DNA of 63,416 bases, filler included, from Octopus bimaculoides (lineage: Eukaryota): the NCBI RefSeq assembly GCF_001194135.2. It is 5 parts of 5 records of this genome, joined end to end, with 100 filler letters (N's around TTAATTAATTAA, not from the genome) between each part and the next. Parts side by side here need not be neighbours in the genome. Positions count along the whole stretch, not along the records: positions 59,492 to 63,416 come from NC_068986.1; 4 more parts are not named here. One strand, written 5' to 3'. Below are positions 62,287-63,416 of this stretch, one piece after another. Position 1 is the stretch's first letter, and each line of letters starts with the position of its first letter. The position numbers and the translations under genes were made by a program. The notes beneath the pieces were generated by a model. It was not told the DNA's origin and searched no databases. It was given only the letters and a program-made list of their open reading frames with translations.

Positions 62287-62780
62287 GTGGTACGACCTTA
62301 AACCGGAAGGCATCATCGAAAATGACAATGCAAAGATCCTATGGGGTTTTATGATTTAATGCGACCTTGGGATAGAGAATAGGAAATCAGACATAGTGTT
62401 AATTGAGAAAGAAAGCAAACGCTGCTGGATCATAATTATAGTATGCTCAGATGGCAACAAGGTATGTGATAAGGAAGAAAGAAAAGTCGATAGATAAAAC
62501 AGGTTAGCTTGGGAGGTTAAGCAGTTGTGGTCGATGAAAAAGGTGGTAGTAGTACCAATAATTGTCGGAGCCCTGGGAACAGTGAGTAAAAACCTTGAGA
62601 AGTACATGGAACAAATAGGGGCTGCAATAAGGGTGGAGCACTTGCAGAAAACAGCACAGCTTGGAACCGCTCGAATACTCCGAATGGTGCTCGAAAAATA
62701 ACACTAAGGTGTTACCTTAGTTCACTGGAAGTGAACAGCTGACACCGTAGTACATCTCCAGCGATAGAAGCTGTGCAAAG

Positions 62781-62782
<2 letters not shown>
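62285..62782 (+). mobile_element. R4/Dong-type RLE domain and 3' UTR (second family), between AAT and AAC/AAT arrays
   Basis: KWYDLKPEGIIENDNAKILWGF...RKSDIVLIEKESKRCWII...WEVKQLWSMKKVVVVPIIVGALGTVSKNLEKYMEQIG...LQKTAQLGTARILRMVLEK*, with stops. Confidence 0.85.
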
Positions 62783-62857
<75 letters not shown>

Positions 62858-62859
<2 letters not shown>

Positions 62860-62960
62860 CTAGGCATAACACCTACATGAACTTCTAACTTGTTGTCTCT
62901 TGAGGTCTCTGGGTGAGACTTGGATCCAACTTGTACAAATGCAAAGCAAAAGTCAAACAT
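62858..62960 (+). mobile_element. 5'-truncated 3' end of the same R4-type family as 23552-24046
   Basis: About 103 bp matching 23942-24044 with 2 mismatches; (AAT)n on both sides. Confidence 0.9.
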
Positions 62961-62982
62961 AATAATAATAATAATAATAATG

Positions 62983-63071
<89 letters not shown>

Positions 63072-63214
63072 AATAACAATAGCAAATATTTCCGAAGACT
63101 GAGGTTATAATATTTCTATTTGGATATATTTAGTCTGCTTATATGTATTCATGGCATTGTCTCTGCTTTTCCGTGGCTATGTGTAAGTACTCCGTTTATA
63201 TTCACTTTCAGTGT

Positions 63215-63274
63215 TCCTCGCTGATGAACGAAAAACCCTTTTGGATTAATCCAGAAATCGGGATGATACGAGGA
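63215..63274 (+). ncRNA. Minimal type I hammerhead, intact core, imperfect stem II
   Basis: Stem I tcctcg/cgagga; CUGAUGA 63221-63227; weak stem II gaaaaacc-c-tttt-ggattaatc; GAAA 63254-63257; stem III tc/ga; AUA triplet 63266-63268. Confidence 0.6.
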
Positions 63275-63416
63275 TAACTAAATTTTTACCAGTTTCTGTT
63301 GGCTTGCTTCCTCGTTTCTACACGTGTATTATAATAATAATAGTGAAAATATCTAATGTGGTTAGACGTTTTAGCGTCTATTTTAGTATATTGGCAAAGA
63401 AATTTTTTTTCTTTTT

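Overview
AT-rich, microsatellite-saturated animal genomic DNA; the SINE/LINE repertoire points to an octopus (inference, no database search). About 8 kb is N. Four 100-bp gaps contain an artificial TTAATTAATTAA linker (20116-20215, 32225-32324, 46661-46760, 59392-59491), so the window is five joined scaffolds and adjacency across those points is uncertain. One protein-coding gene is recognisable: a minus-strand peptidyl-tRNA hydrolase 2 (PTRH2/Bit1), with two phase-compatible coding exons missed by the ORF track (15496-15624, N-terminal membrane anchor; 12584-12673, VVRSDLKMGKGKIAAQ). Its C-terminal exons are not visible. Most of the rest is tRNA-derived SINEs (at least four families), RTE, CR1/L2-type and R4/Dong-type LINE fragments, Penelope-like ends, Tc1/mariner/Tigger elements and MITEs, simple repeats, and one tRNA-Thr(CGT)-like sequence. 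Nearly all listed ORFs are microsatellite or gap artefacts. The most interesting signal is a dispersed set of minimal type I hammerhead-ribozyme folds in several unrelated repeat families. Cores are intact at 4728 and 63215 and U4C-variant at 48413; decayed copies lie at 16420, 24137, 35706 and 36056. Two sit in direct-repeat units (497 bp and about 310-350 bp), as expected of Penelope pseudo-LTRs or retrozymes. Second, R4/Dong-type LINEs and one SINE family are repeatedly embedded in (AAT)n arrays. All folds and alignments were done by eye.
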